Of a stretch of 64,000 bases of DNA, positions 10,124 to 18,804 are shown in pieces. The DNA lies in assembly GCA_030636725.1 (NCBI GenBank), contig DAOVWJ010000001.1:10207-74206 (forward strand). Reading direction: 5' to 3'. The first letter of the stretch is position 1. Every line of letters begins with the position of its first letter. The notes under the pieces were generated by a model. That model was not told where the DNA came from. It was given only the letters and a program-made list of their open reading frames with translations, and did no database searches. Origin of the DNA: Maribacter sp. (GTDB taxonomy: Bacteria; Bacteroidota; Bacteroidia; Flavobacteriales; Flavobacteriaceae). Made by a program: the position numbers and the translations under genes.

Positions 10124-11521
10124 ATGAAATACCTTGCGTTACTATCGCTATTTGTCCTTTTCAATGCTTGCAAAGTTGATAAGGAAACAGTAGCCAAACC
10201 CAATATCATACTAATCAATATAGATGATCTTGGGTATACAGATTTGAGCTTTATGGGTAGCGAATACTATAACACCCCCCATATTGATGCTTTGGCAAAA
10301 TCTGGAATGATCTTTACCAACGGTTATGCAGCAGCGGCCAATTGCTCACCAAGTAGGGCCTCGATAATGACTGGAAAATGGACTACGCGCCACGGCATAT
10401 ACACCGTAGGTTCCTCGGAAAGGGGACAATCAAAATACAGAAAATTAATCCCGACCATCAATACAGTAACCTTAGCAAAGACCCACAGAGTAATATCTGG
10501 AATATTACAAAGAAATGGGTACCAAACCATTCACGCAGGTAAGTGGCATTTGAGTGATTCACCTTTGGATTATGGATTTGACATCAATATTGGTGGTGGG
10601 CACAATGGACATCCCAAGAGTTATTATCCACCTTATGGCAATGTGCAATTGAAAAATTCAGGCAAGGAATATCTAACCGATTTAATTATGGAATATACTA
10701 TTGAGTCGTTAGATTCTATAGACCAACCATTTTTTCTAAACTATGCACCCTATGCCGTACATACACCTATTCAACCCGTTGACAGTTTATTGGTCAAGTA
10801 TACCAACAAAACGGCTTGGAAGGGTCAGAACAATCCCAAATATGCCAGTATGATCGAAAATTTGGATCGAAATATAGGGATGCTGGTATCGACTTTAAAA
10901 AGAAACAGACTATTCGATAATACCTTTATTGTTTTTACATCGGACAATGGCGGACTGTACGGGATTACACAACAACAGCCATTGCGTGCCGGAAAGGGTA
11001 GCTATTATGAAGGGGGTATTCGAGAACCTTTCTTTTTTGTGTGGGAAGGAAATATAGAAGCCTGTTCAAAGAATGATGTCCCAATTACCCATTTGGATTT
11101 ATTCCCAACCTTACTGCAAGTCGCAGGAATTGAAACAGAGATCCATGCCACTGATGGAATAAACCTTGTACCGCTTCTTCGGCAAAAAGTTACCGATATA
11201 GAACGACCACTGTTTTGGCATTTCCCTATTTATTTACAGGCCTACAATGTCCATAACAATGAAAATAGGGATTCGCTCTTCAGAACGCGGCCAGGATCGG
11301 TAATCCGTAAAGGAAACTGGAAATTACATTTCTATTTTGAAAATAATGAAATGGAATTATATAACCTTGCCGATGATATCAGTGAAAGGAATAATCTAGT
11401 TGAAACCCATCCCAAAAAAGTAGAGGAACTTTTGGTACAATTAAAAACTTGGTGGAAAGGAACAAATGCGCCCATTCCAAGGGAAAGGAATCGAGAATAT
11501 GATAGTAGGCCGAAGGAATAG
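10124..11521 (+). CDS. Sulfatase (Cys-type), lipoprotein
   Basis: PNIILINIDDLG; CSPSRAS; GKWHL; SDNGG; GKGSYYEGGIREP; lipobox FNAC. Confidence 0.93.
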   Translation: MKYLALLSLFVLFNACKVDKETVAKPNIILINIDDLGYTDLSFMGSEYYNTPHIDALAKSGMIFTNGYAAAANCSPSRASIMTGKWTTRHGIYTVGSSERGQSKYRKLIPTINTVTLAKTHRVISGILQRNGYQTIHAGKWHLSDSPLDYGFDINIGGGHNGHPKSYYPPYGNVQLKNSGKEYLTDLIMEYTIESLDSIDQPFFLNYAPYAVHTPIQPVDSLLVKYTNKTAWKGQNNPKYASMIENLDRNIGMLVSTLKRNRLFDNTFIVFTSDNGGLYGITQQQPLRAGKGSYYEGGIREPFFFVWEGNIEACSKNDVPITHLDLFPTLLQVAGIETEIHATDGINLVPLLRQKVTDIERPLFWHFPIYLQAYNVHNNENRDSLFRTRPGSVIRKGNWKLHFYFENNEMELYNLADDISERNNLVETHPKKVEELLVQLKTWWKGTNAPIPRERNREYDSRPKE

Positions 11522-11530
11522 AAACCTTAA

Positions 11531-11749
11531 CTAAGCCAATTTAGCCTTGTTTCTTTTAGTGGTAAAAGACAACGCTTTCTTTACTCTAGCATTCTGAAAT
11601 TTATATAAACGAGCTACAGTGTTCTCATTAGGGGTAGAAGTAACGATGGTCATTTCAACAGTTTCAACCTTAACATCTGACTTGGTATCTTGGGCTTGGG
11701 CGGTTACTCCGATTGTAAGAGCAAAAATTAAAGTTAAGATAGTTTTCAT
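11531..11749 (-). CDS. Small secreted protein, paralog 4 of 4 (72 aa)
   Basis: MKTILTLIFALTIGVTAQA/Q signal peptide; last 32 residues identical to paralog 3. Confidence 0.88.
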   Translation of the reverse strand: MKTILTLIFALTIGVTAQAQDTKSDVKVETVEMTIVTSTPNENTVARLYKFQNARVKKALSFTTKRNKAKLA

Positions 11750-11827
11750 GACTTGCGTTTTTATATAATAAAAACGCAGCATAGCGTATCCTACAGGGTT
11801 GCAAATCGCTCAAAACCCCTTATTATT

Positions 11828-11922
11828 CGGTAACTGACAAAAAACCGGATAAAGTGTAAAAAATGCCCGATGAACGAAACCAGCACCAAAAACACCTTAC
11901 CGAAGCTTCGTGTATTTCATCG
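11828..11922. promoter_or_regulatory. Five-box operator array upstream of paralog 4
   Basis: cggtaac 11828, ggataaa 11847, cgatgaa 11868, cttaccg 11896, ttcatcg 11916; spacing 19/21/28/20. Confidence 0.72.
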
Positions 11923-12159
11923 AGACATACCATCCCACTGCTTCGAAACTCTTAGTAGATTTGTCCATTCCTTATATACCAATTTGATCATAAAATGAGT
12001 CACAGAAGACAAAATTGCTTTTTTGTTTTACCCTGCTTCGAATTATTTGCATAGTCACAGTTACGGAAATAATGAGTAAAGAGATAAAACTAAAAATGAA
12101 TGAGTTTGAATGACTTAGTTTATAGTTAAATTGGTATTACAAGGTGACTAGAGGGCGAT

Positions 12160-12534
12160 CTATATTCTCCAAGGGGGATTCTTTCGATGTATGCCTGCAT
12201 TGAAAAGGATAAGGCTATTACCATCTAAATCCTTCAGACGGGCTTCTCTCCAAAGCCATTTTTTGTCATTGGGCATTTCATTGAACTCAATATCGAGTTC
12301 GACTAGACCTTGAACATAGGTGTCCAAGTCTTTACATTCAAAATAAACATGGATACCCTCTCCCCTTGGTAATTCTTCAACCTGATGGATTGAAAAAGTG
12401 CCATCTCCTTCAGGACATTCAAATCGCGCATAGTGGGGCAAGGCCTCAACGATTAACTTAAGACCTAATTTCTGATAGAAAGGGATTGACTTTTCCAAAT
12501 CCAATGAAGGCACCGTAATTTGGTTAAGGTTCAT
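12160..12534 (-). CDS. VOC/glyoxalase-family protein
   Basis: LNQITVPSLDLEKSIPFYQKLGL and WREARLKDLDGN are typical VOC motifs. Confidence 0.85.
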   Translation of the reverse strand: MNLNQITVPSLDLEKSIPFYQKLGLKLIVEALPHYARFECPEGDGTFSIHQVEELPRGEGIHVYFECKDLDTYVQGLVELDIEFNEMPNDKKWLWREARLKDLDGNSLILFNAGIHRKNPPWRI

Positions 12535-12536
12535 TG

Positions 12537-12740
12537 TTATTTTGTGCCACTCAAGATTTTTCCTTTACTTACCTCTCCAATAACTACAACATCCTTGGAC
12601 GGCTCATATTCCTTAATGGCTAAAAGCATTTGAGCTTCTGTATCTCTTCTTATTTTAACGCCTGCCTTTGAACCTCTATTTCTAATCTCAATATAAAATC
12701 CGTCTCTCAATTCAGTCGGCTTTGTTGCGGGTCTACCCAT
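12537..12740 (-). CDS. Small hypothetical protein (67 aa)
   Basis: Likely start MGRPATKPTELRDGFYIEIRN at 12740; ends 2 nt before the VOC gene start on the same strand. Confidence 0.7.
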   Translation of the reverse strand: MGRPATKPTELRDGFYIEIRNRGSKAGVKIRRDTEAQMLLAIKEYEPSKDVVVIGEVSKGKILSGTK

Positions 12741-13121
12741 AATTACAATTTCAATATATGTTAATGTCAGTGTGTGTTTTGCTTTAATTTTCAATACTAC
12801 AAATGGTAGTCGTAAAAATATGCCCGAAACCTACAGTAAAAAGTGTTTAAAACATAGCAATTGACCAAATATTTATAAAGTATTCATGAACATTTAACGC
12901 CATTTTTGCAAATTTTAGGGTTATTTTCTGAAAATAGGTGCTTTTTAACCTTGCTGGTTCCACCCAAAAACTAAAGACCTTAACATTTGGCTTACTAAAT
13001 TTATATAACGAATACGCAAGTTTATCAGGGTACAATCTAATATGAATCCGAATCATAAATCTAGTTTATGCCATTGGTTAATCTGGACTTTGCTAACTTT
13101 ATGCTTCAAGGTGTTTGTTCT

Positions 13122-13841
13122 ATGATCAGAGAGGAAATATGGGTATACAGAGATACCAACAATAACGAATTTGAAGGTGTTGTGGTTTGGGATGATGCCA
13201 ACGGCAAACCCAAACCAGGAATCCTGGTTTCGCATATGTGGAGTGGTCAATCTGATTTCGAGGTGGATAAGGCTACCGAATTGGCAAAATTAGGGTATGT
13301 GGGTTTCGCCATAGACAACTATGGCAAAGGTCGTAGGGCCAGCTCCCCTGAGGAGGCACAACGATTAATGGACGAGCTGGACAACAATAGACCAATACTC
13401 CTTGAAAGAATGCTCCTTGCTGTAAAAACACTTGAAGAGCATAGAGAGGTCGATGCTTCAAAAATAGGAGCTATTGGGTTTTGTTTTGGGGGCAAGTGCG
13501 TCCTTGATTTGGCACGTTCGGGGATTGACATTATGGGCGTGGTTAGCTTTCATGGATTATTAGACCCTCCGAGTAAACATCCGAATGCCCAAATAAAAAG
13601 TTCAATTTTGGTTCTGCATGGGTGGGAAGACCCAATGGCACTTCCTGGCGATATGGTAAAACTATCCCAAGAACTAAATAAACTCAAGGCCGATTGGAAT
13701 ATTCATGTATATGGACATACCGGACATGCATTTACCAATCCCAACGCCAAATTTCCTGAAAAAGGATTGTTCTTTGAGCCAAAATCGAACAGAAGGGCAT
13801 GGAATTCAATGGCCTATTTTTTTAATTCGCTAATCAATTGA
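13122..13841 (+). CDS. Dienelactone hydrolase family protein
   Basis: Nucleophile motif GFCFGG; LHGWEDP; GHAFTNP. Start placed at MIREE. Confidence 0.88.
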   Translation: MIREEIWVYRDTNNNEFEGVVVWDDANGKPKPGILVSHMWSGQSDFEVDKATELAKLGYVGFAIDNYGKGRRASSPEEAQRLMDELDNNRPILLERMLLAVKTLEEHREVDASKIGAIGFCFGGKCVLDLARSGIDIMGVVSFHGLLDPPSKHPNAQIKSSILVLHGWEDPMALPGDMVKLSQELNKLKADWNIHVYGHTGHAFTNPNAKFPEKGLFFEPKSNRRAWNSMAYFFNSLIN

Positions 13842-13927
13842 TTATTTAGACGCATTGAATTAACATATTTTAACGACGATAATTGTAAGTAACCCTAAAA
13901 AGTGGCTACAAAAACCTAAACTAAAAA

Positions 13928-14608
13928 ATGAAAGCATTCAAATTCACATTTCTGATATTGGCCGTACTGTTCTCGGTACATTGCGAACCTAAAACGAAGA
14001 AAGGTCAAGAAATTTCGGGGCATATTACCAAAAAAAAGGTCAAACCTTCTACTAAAGAACTGCAAAAGTACGATGTCGCCTACTTTGCCAGTGGTTGTTT
14101 TTGGTGTGTCGAAGCTATCTATGAAGATGTTATCGGGGTCAAGGAAGCAATTTCAGGTTATGCAGGCGGTACTGAAAAGAATCCCACTTATGAACAAGTT
14201 GGCAGAGGAATGACTAGCCATGCCGAAGCAGTAAAGGTATATTATGATTCCAAGGAAGTATCTTTCGAAACTTTGGTCAAGGTATTTTTTGGGTCACATG
14301 ACCCCACGACCTTGAACTGGCAAGGACCAGATCACGGTCCACAATACCGTTCAATTGCTTTTTATACCAACGAAGCGGAAAAAGAAATCATTGAAAGACA
14401 TATTGCCCAACTAAAAAAAGATAAAATCTATAACAGTCCTATTGTCACCCAGGTCGAAACAATTACCAAATTCTATGACGCAGAGGATTATCATCAGGAT
14501 TATGAAAAGTTAAATCCCAACAATCCGTATATCATTAATATTTCGATTCCCCGATACAAAAGATTTAAGGCAAAATATCCAGAATTACTAAAAAAGGATG
14601 CACATTAA
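13928..14608 (+). CDS. msrA: Peptide-methionine (S)-S-oxide reductase, with signal/lipoprotein leader
   Basis: GCFWC motif; HAEAV; HDPT; AEDYHQDY. Confidence 0.95.
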   Translation: MKAFKFTFLILAVLFSVHCEPKTKKGQEISGHITKKKVKPSTKELQKYDVAYFASGCFWCVEAIYEDVIGVKEAISGYAGGTEKNPTYEQVGRGMTSHAEAVKVYYDSKEVSFETLVKVFFGSHDPTTLNWQGPDHGPQYRSIAFYTNEAEKEIIERHIAQLKKDKIYNSPIVTQVETITKFYDAEDYHQDYEKLNPNNPYIINISIPRYKRFKAKYPELLKKDAH

Positions 14609-14672
14609 ATTGATAGTAAACTACCTTGTTTCCTTTTGTTTAAATATCAATGAAGAAAAATTATAACGTTTA

Positions 14673-14832
14673 GAGGCTGTTTTGAAATATGTGATTAGAA
14701 TTATTACAGGCGATTTTTGAGGAAAAACGAGGCGAAATTTTTAAGCATAGCAGGGCTACGGTTCAAAATATTAACGAAGTTGTACGCAAAAAGGGACATA
14801 ATAAAATAATTGACATATTTCAAAACAGCCTC
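14673..14832 (+). mobile_element. 160-bp MITE-like element with a structured (Flavo-1-like) core
   Basis: Perfect 20-bp TIR gaggctgttttgaaatatgt / acatatttcaaaacagcctc, flanked by TTA on both sides (14670-14672, 14833-14835). Confidence 0.8.
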
Positions 14833-14961
14833 TTAAAAACTACGCTACGTATTCTTGAGAATAAAATTCAATTTTCGTAAGAATATAATTCCAAAAAAAA
14901 TCACCCGGGGACGTTGGTGAACTTGAATATTCCCTATATTTAAAGTAAACTTCCGTCCAAT

Positions 14962-17508
14962 ATGAGAAAGCCATACCAAGAACCCATTGTCTGCCTCTTA
15001 GGTATTTTACTGCTCCTTTCATTTCAAATTCCAAATCAAGAAAATCAACTTTTGCAAAATATAATAGATGAACTCATCATCTATAGTCAGAATGGAGGGG
15101 CGGAAAAAACATATTTACATACGGACAAGGATTTTTACACCAATGGGGAAACCATTTGGTTTAAAACGTATTTGGTCGACGGCATTACCCATAAGGCAAG
15201 TTCTAAAAGCAAAGTGGTATATGTTGAATTATTAGATGTCAAGGATAGCATTGTAGAACAACGAAAACTGTATGTTGATGCAATCGGGGCTTCCGGAGAT
15301 ATTCAAATTAGAGATAAAATCACTCCCGGTGATTATTATCTACGCTCTTATACCAAATTCATGCTCAACAACAAGGAACATATGTTCTTTGAAAAGAAAA
15401 TCCCAATTTTAGTTCAAAAAATTGAATCCGATGTGAATCTTGAAAATCCGTTGGGGTCAGATTTAAGTGCACATATAACGAATGACGAAAAGCATAATCC
15501 CAGTGTCCTGAGGCCCATTATTCGATTTTTTCCTGAGGGCGGCCAGATGGTAGAAGGCCTAAGCGGTGTTCTAGGCATTGAGGTAACCGATGCCAAAGGA
15601 AATGGTGTTGCCTTACTAGGGGATATAAAAGATATGACAGGCGAAGCCGTTTCTCATTTTGAAAGTTCTGATTTTGGATTGGGAAAGACCCATTTTATGC
15701 CCTCTCCCAATAAACAATACTATGCGAGTATCATGATTGATGGCAGGGAACAAAAATTTGCATTACCGGAAGCTATTTCCAAAGGATATGTCTTAAGTGT
15801 AAAAAATAGGGACGATACTATTTTAGTACAGGTGAAGAGCAGCACCAATGATGGTGTCAAAGGCACCTTGCTGATTGGTCATCTACGCGGCAACCTAATT
15901 TTCAAACGTATTGGCCAAGAGGTTGACGAGGACTCCTATGCTGTTAAGCTTTTTACCAAAGAACTATTAGATGGGGTAGCCCAATTTACTTTATTCACCC
16001 CGAACGGTGAACCAGTTTGTGAACGGCTTGTGTTTGTCGATAATCCAAAGAATGACTTAAAACTTTCTGTACTGTCGGCATCAAAAAGCTATGGTCTCCG
16101 AGAGAAGGTTTCAATGGATGTTGCACTAACCGATACGAAAGGCACCCCTCTTAAAGGCAATTTTTCAATGGGAGTGGTTACGCAGAATAATTACCAAGGA
16201 GATAATGCCATGGCTGCAAATATAAAAAGTTGGTTACTCTTGGATTCGGACCTAGGAGGTACTGTTCAAGAAGCTGGTTATTTCTTTAAAGACGATTCAA
16301 AAGAGAGGAAACACTTACTCGATGCTCTTATGCTTACCCATGGGTGGCGCAGATTTGTATGGAATGATATCTTAAGCGAAAAAGGAAGCAAAAAATTAAA
16401 TTTTCCCGCAGAAAAAGGAATCATGATTACGGGAAGGACAACCGCTTTTAATAACCAAGACAAGCCGAAAAAGACCTTAGCCACACTGAGTATACTAGGG
16501 GAGGAAATCATTCATAGCCAAAAATCAACGAACAAGCAAGGGGAATTTAGTTTTGGACCTTTTGTTTATGTAGACAGTATAACCGGTATTGTACAGGCGG
16601 CCGATACGCTCCGAAAAAGAAATAGCATGCAAAAACATGTTTCTGTATTTATGGATTCACCTTGGCCAAAGATTGATGTAAAAAATATGGAACGAAAAAG
16701 AGTACGTCGGCAAACCATTGTTGACCATCAAGAGTATTTGAAAGAATCGTATCGAGAAAAAATCATCGACTTCCAATACAATCCCAAAGTTACACAATTG
16801 GAAGAAGTGGTTGTTAAAGAATATCGGAAAACCAGAACGCAAATTATTAACGAGGCTATGGATTCTGATATAACGTTTACATCTCCCTCTAACCGGGTGT
16901 ATATAGATTCCATTCTTGGTAGTAAAGCTTTTAGTGCTTTGGATCTCTTACGAAGAGTGGCTGGTGTACAAGTTTTTGGCTCATACCCTTTTGAGTCTGT
17001 GCAGATTAGAGGTGTCGGCAGTATAAATGCATCAAACGGTCCATTATTTCTGGTTGATGGTTTTGCAGTGGATCCTGAAGTTGCACAAACCATGAGAGCA
17101 AGCGAGGTCATGTTCATCGATGTCGTAAAAGGCCCGGATGCGGCGCTCTGGGGGTCCAGGGGAGCTAACGGAGTAGTGGCTATTTATACGGATAGAGGGT
17201 TTCGTTTTGATGATAGGCCCGAAGAAGAAGTTCCTGGCATTACCAATTTTAAGCTTCCAGGGTTTCATAAGGTACGTGAATTCTATTCCCCCAATTATAT
17301 AATACCGCAAGGGGCACACGAGAAACCAGATTACCGGACCACTTTATTTTGGGAACCCAATATTGAACTCGATGAGAATGGGAAATCATCGATCAGGTTT
17401 CATACCGGAGATAATACGGGTAAATATGTGGTCAAAATTGAGGGAATAACCAATGATGGAAGACCCATTCACGGAATTTACAATATTGAGGTACAAGAAT
17501 CAAATTGA
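14962..17508 (+). CDS. MG2-like / TonB-dependent-receptor plug domain protein without an evident beta-barrel
   Basis: EKTYLHTDKDFYTNGETIWFK; FFPEGG; plug-like PLFLVDG..KGPDAALWGSRGANGVVAIYT; C-terminal DYRTTLFWEP. Confidence 0.75.
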   Translation: MRKPYQEPIVCLLGILLLLSFQIPNQENQLLQNIIDELIIYSQNGGAEKTYLHTDKDFYTNGETIWFKTYLVDGITHKASSKSKVVYVELLDVKDSIVEQRKLYVDAIGASGDIQIRDKITPGDYYLRSYTKFMLNNKEHMFFEKKIPILVQKIESDVNLENPLGSDLSAHITNDEKHNPSVLRPIIRFFPEGGQMVEGLSGVLGIEVTDAKGNGVALLGDIKDMTGEAVSHFESSDFGLGKTHFMPSPNKQYYASIMIDGREQKFALPEAISKGYVLSVKNRDDTILVQVKSSTNDGVKGTLLIGHLRGNLIFKRIGQEVDEDSYAVKLFTKELLDGVAQFTLFTPNGEPVCERLVFVDNPKNDLKLSVLSASKSYGLREKVSMDVALTDTKGTPLKGNFSMGVVTQNNYQGDNAMAANIKSWLLLDSDLGGTVQEAGYFFKDDSKERKHLLDALMLTHGWRRFVWNDILSEKGSKKLNFPAEKGIMITGRTTAFNNQDKPKKTLATLSILGEEIIHSQKSTNKQGEFSFGPFVYVDSITGIVQAADTLRKRNSMQKHVSVFMDSPWPKIDVKNMERKRVRRQTIVDHQEYLKESYREKIIDFQYNPKVTQLEEVVVKEYRKTRTQIINEAMDSDITFTSPSNRVYIDSILGSKAFSALDLLRRVAGVQVFGSYPFESVQIRGVGSINASNGPLFLVDGFAVDPEVAQTMRASEVMFIDVVKGPDAALWGSRGANGVVAIYTDRGFRFDDRPEEEVPGITNFKLPGFHKVREFYSPNYIIPQGAHEKPDYRTTLFWEPNIELDENGKSSIRFHTGDNTGKYVVKIEGITNDGRPIHGIYNIEVQESN

Positions 17509-17939
17509 TATCAAAATTGGTTTTAATCCTATGACCAGACTGTTTGACTTTCTTACCAAACTAGTCCACAATAAAATAAGTAGCACATCAGTATAAAAAA
17601 GTAACCGATACACATCGAGGGTATCTTAGCCTACCTGGGGTATCTTACTATTTCACTATCTTAAAGATAGGTCAACGTGTTTTTTATATGAAAATTCCAG
17701 ATTTAAGGGAGTATTTCATATATTCGCGTTAACGTACACGAAAATTTGGTTGGTTTGAATAGGATCAATAAATTTAAAGAAAATGTCAATGCCTTTAAAA
17801 AATTGGCTTCCGAAACAAAGTGTGCGAAATGGCTCAATTGGGTGAATTTAATATAGGCCATATTCTTGCAAGGCCATGGTGGTCATGTTTCCTTTCTAAA
17901 TACAAAAATTCGCAGCATTGCTGCAATAAAACTAAGTAT

Positions 17940-18794
17940 ATGGAATCAAATAGAAGAAGTTTTTTAAAAAGAACATCGGCAGGAGCCCTTGGGATTGCCG
18001 CAGCTGCAATTCCCGGGATTGCAAATGCGTCAAGTCGAAAACCTGAACCGATTACAGGAGATAGGCCAATCATTAATCTTGGGGTTGCTTCCTATTCCCT
18101 TCGAAAATTCTCTATGGAAGAAGCGCTTGATATGACTTTGCGTTGTGGTATGAATCGCATTGCTTTAAAGAGCATGCACCTTCCACTTGACTCAAATAAA
18201 GAGACCATTACAAAAGCAGTCGCCCTTTGCAAAGAAAAGGGAATAGAACTGTATGGCGGTGGCGTCATTTATATGAAGACCAAAGAAGAGGTGGATCAGG
18301 CATTTGAATATGCCAAAACCGCTGAAATGAAAATGATTATTGGGGTGCCAAATCATGAACTATTACCATATGTTGAGGAAAAGGTCAAACAATATGACAT
18401 TAAACTTGCCATTCATAACCATGGCCCAGGCGACAAATTATATCCGAGTGCTGAAAGCGCATATTCCAGAATAAAAAACAGGGATAAGCGAATGGGGCTA
18501 TGCATTGATATTGGCCATACCAAACGCATTGACAGAAACCCAGAACAAGATGTCAAGGATTTTTTTGATAGGGTTTTTGATATTCATTTAAAGGATGTTA
18601 CTGGAGCTTTTGCCAAGGGTGAAACCTGTATAATCGGAAGAGGGATAATTGATTTTCCAGCATTTTTAAAATCGGTTATAAAATTAGGGTACAAAGGAAC
18701 CTTAGCATTGGAATATGAAGCTGAAGCCAATGATCCATTACCAGGAATGGCCGAATCCATTGGATATGTAAAAGGCATTTTAACAACACTATAA
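17940..18794 (+). CDS. Tat-exported sugar phosphate isomerase/epimerase (xylose isomerase-like TIM barrel)
   Basis: Start MESNRRSFLK (twin-arginine); IHNHG, DIGH, HLKD, LEYE metal motifs. Confidence 0.85.
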   Translation: MESNRRSFLKRTSAGALGIAAAAIPGIANASSRKPEPITGDRPIINLGVASYSLRKFSMEEALDMTLRCGMNRIALKSMHLPLDSNKETITKAVALCKEKGIELYGGGVIYMKTKEEVDQAFEYAKTAEMKMIIGVPNHELLPYVEEKVKQYDIKLAIHNHGPGDKLYPSAESAYSRIKNRDKRMGLCIDIGHTKRIDRNPEQDVKDFFDRVFDIHLKDVTGAFAKGETCIIGRGIIDFPAFLKSVIKLGYKGTLALEYEAEANDPLPGMAESIGYVKGILTTL

Positions 18795-18804
18795 ATTTAA
18801 AATA

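Larger units (their letters stand above)
11531..11922. repeat. Direct repeat copy B (small gene plus its operator region)
   Basis: Co-linear with 8009-8400. Confidence 0.95.

Noticed and set aside
2516-11749. Small proteins as SecM/VemP-like secretion-monitor arrest peptides
   Set aside because: Three of the four are followed by convergent genes and the fourth only by another paralog about 600 bp away, so there is no downstream gene to regulate.
2853-11922. Box arrays as a CRISPR array or riboswitch
   Set aside because: Repeats are only 7 nt and no cas genes are present. Inverted boxes are not mutually complementary in three of four copies and spacers do not pair, which favours DNA binding sites.
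17618-17648. Short direct repeat gggtatctta in the intergenic region
   Set aside because: Only two copies with no other support in the window.
17820-17939. Longer start for the isomerase ORF
   Set aside because: ATG 17940 places the twin-arginine motif at the N-terminus.
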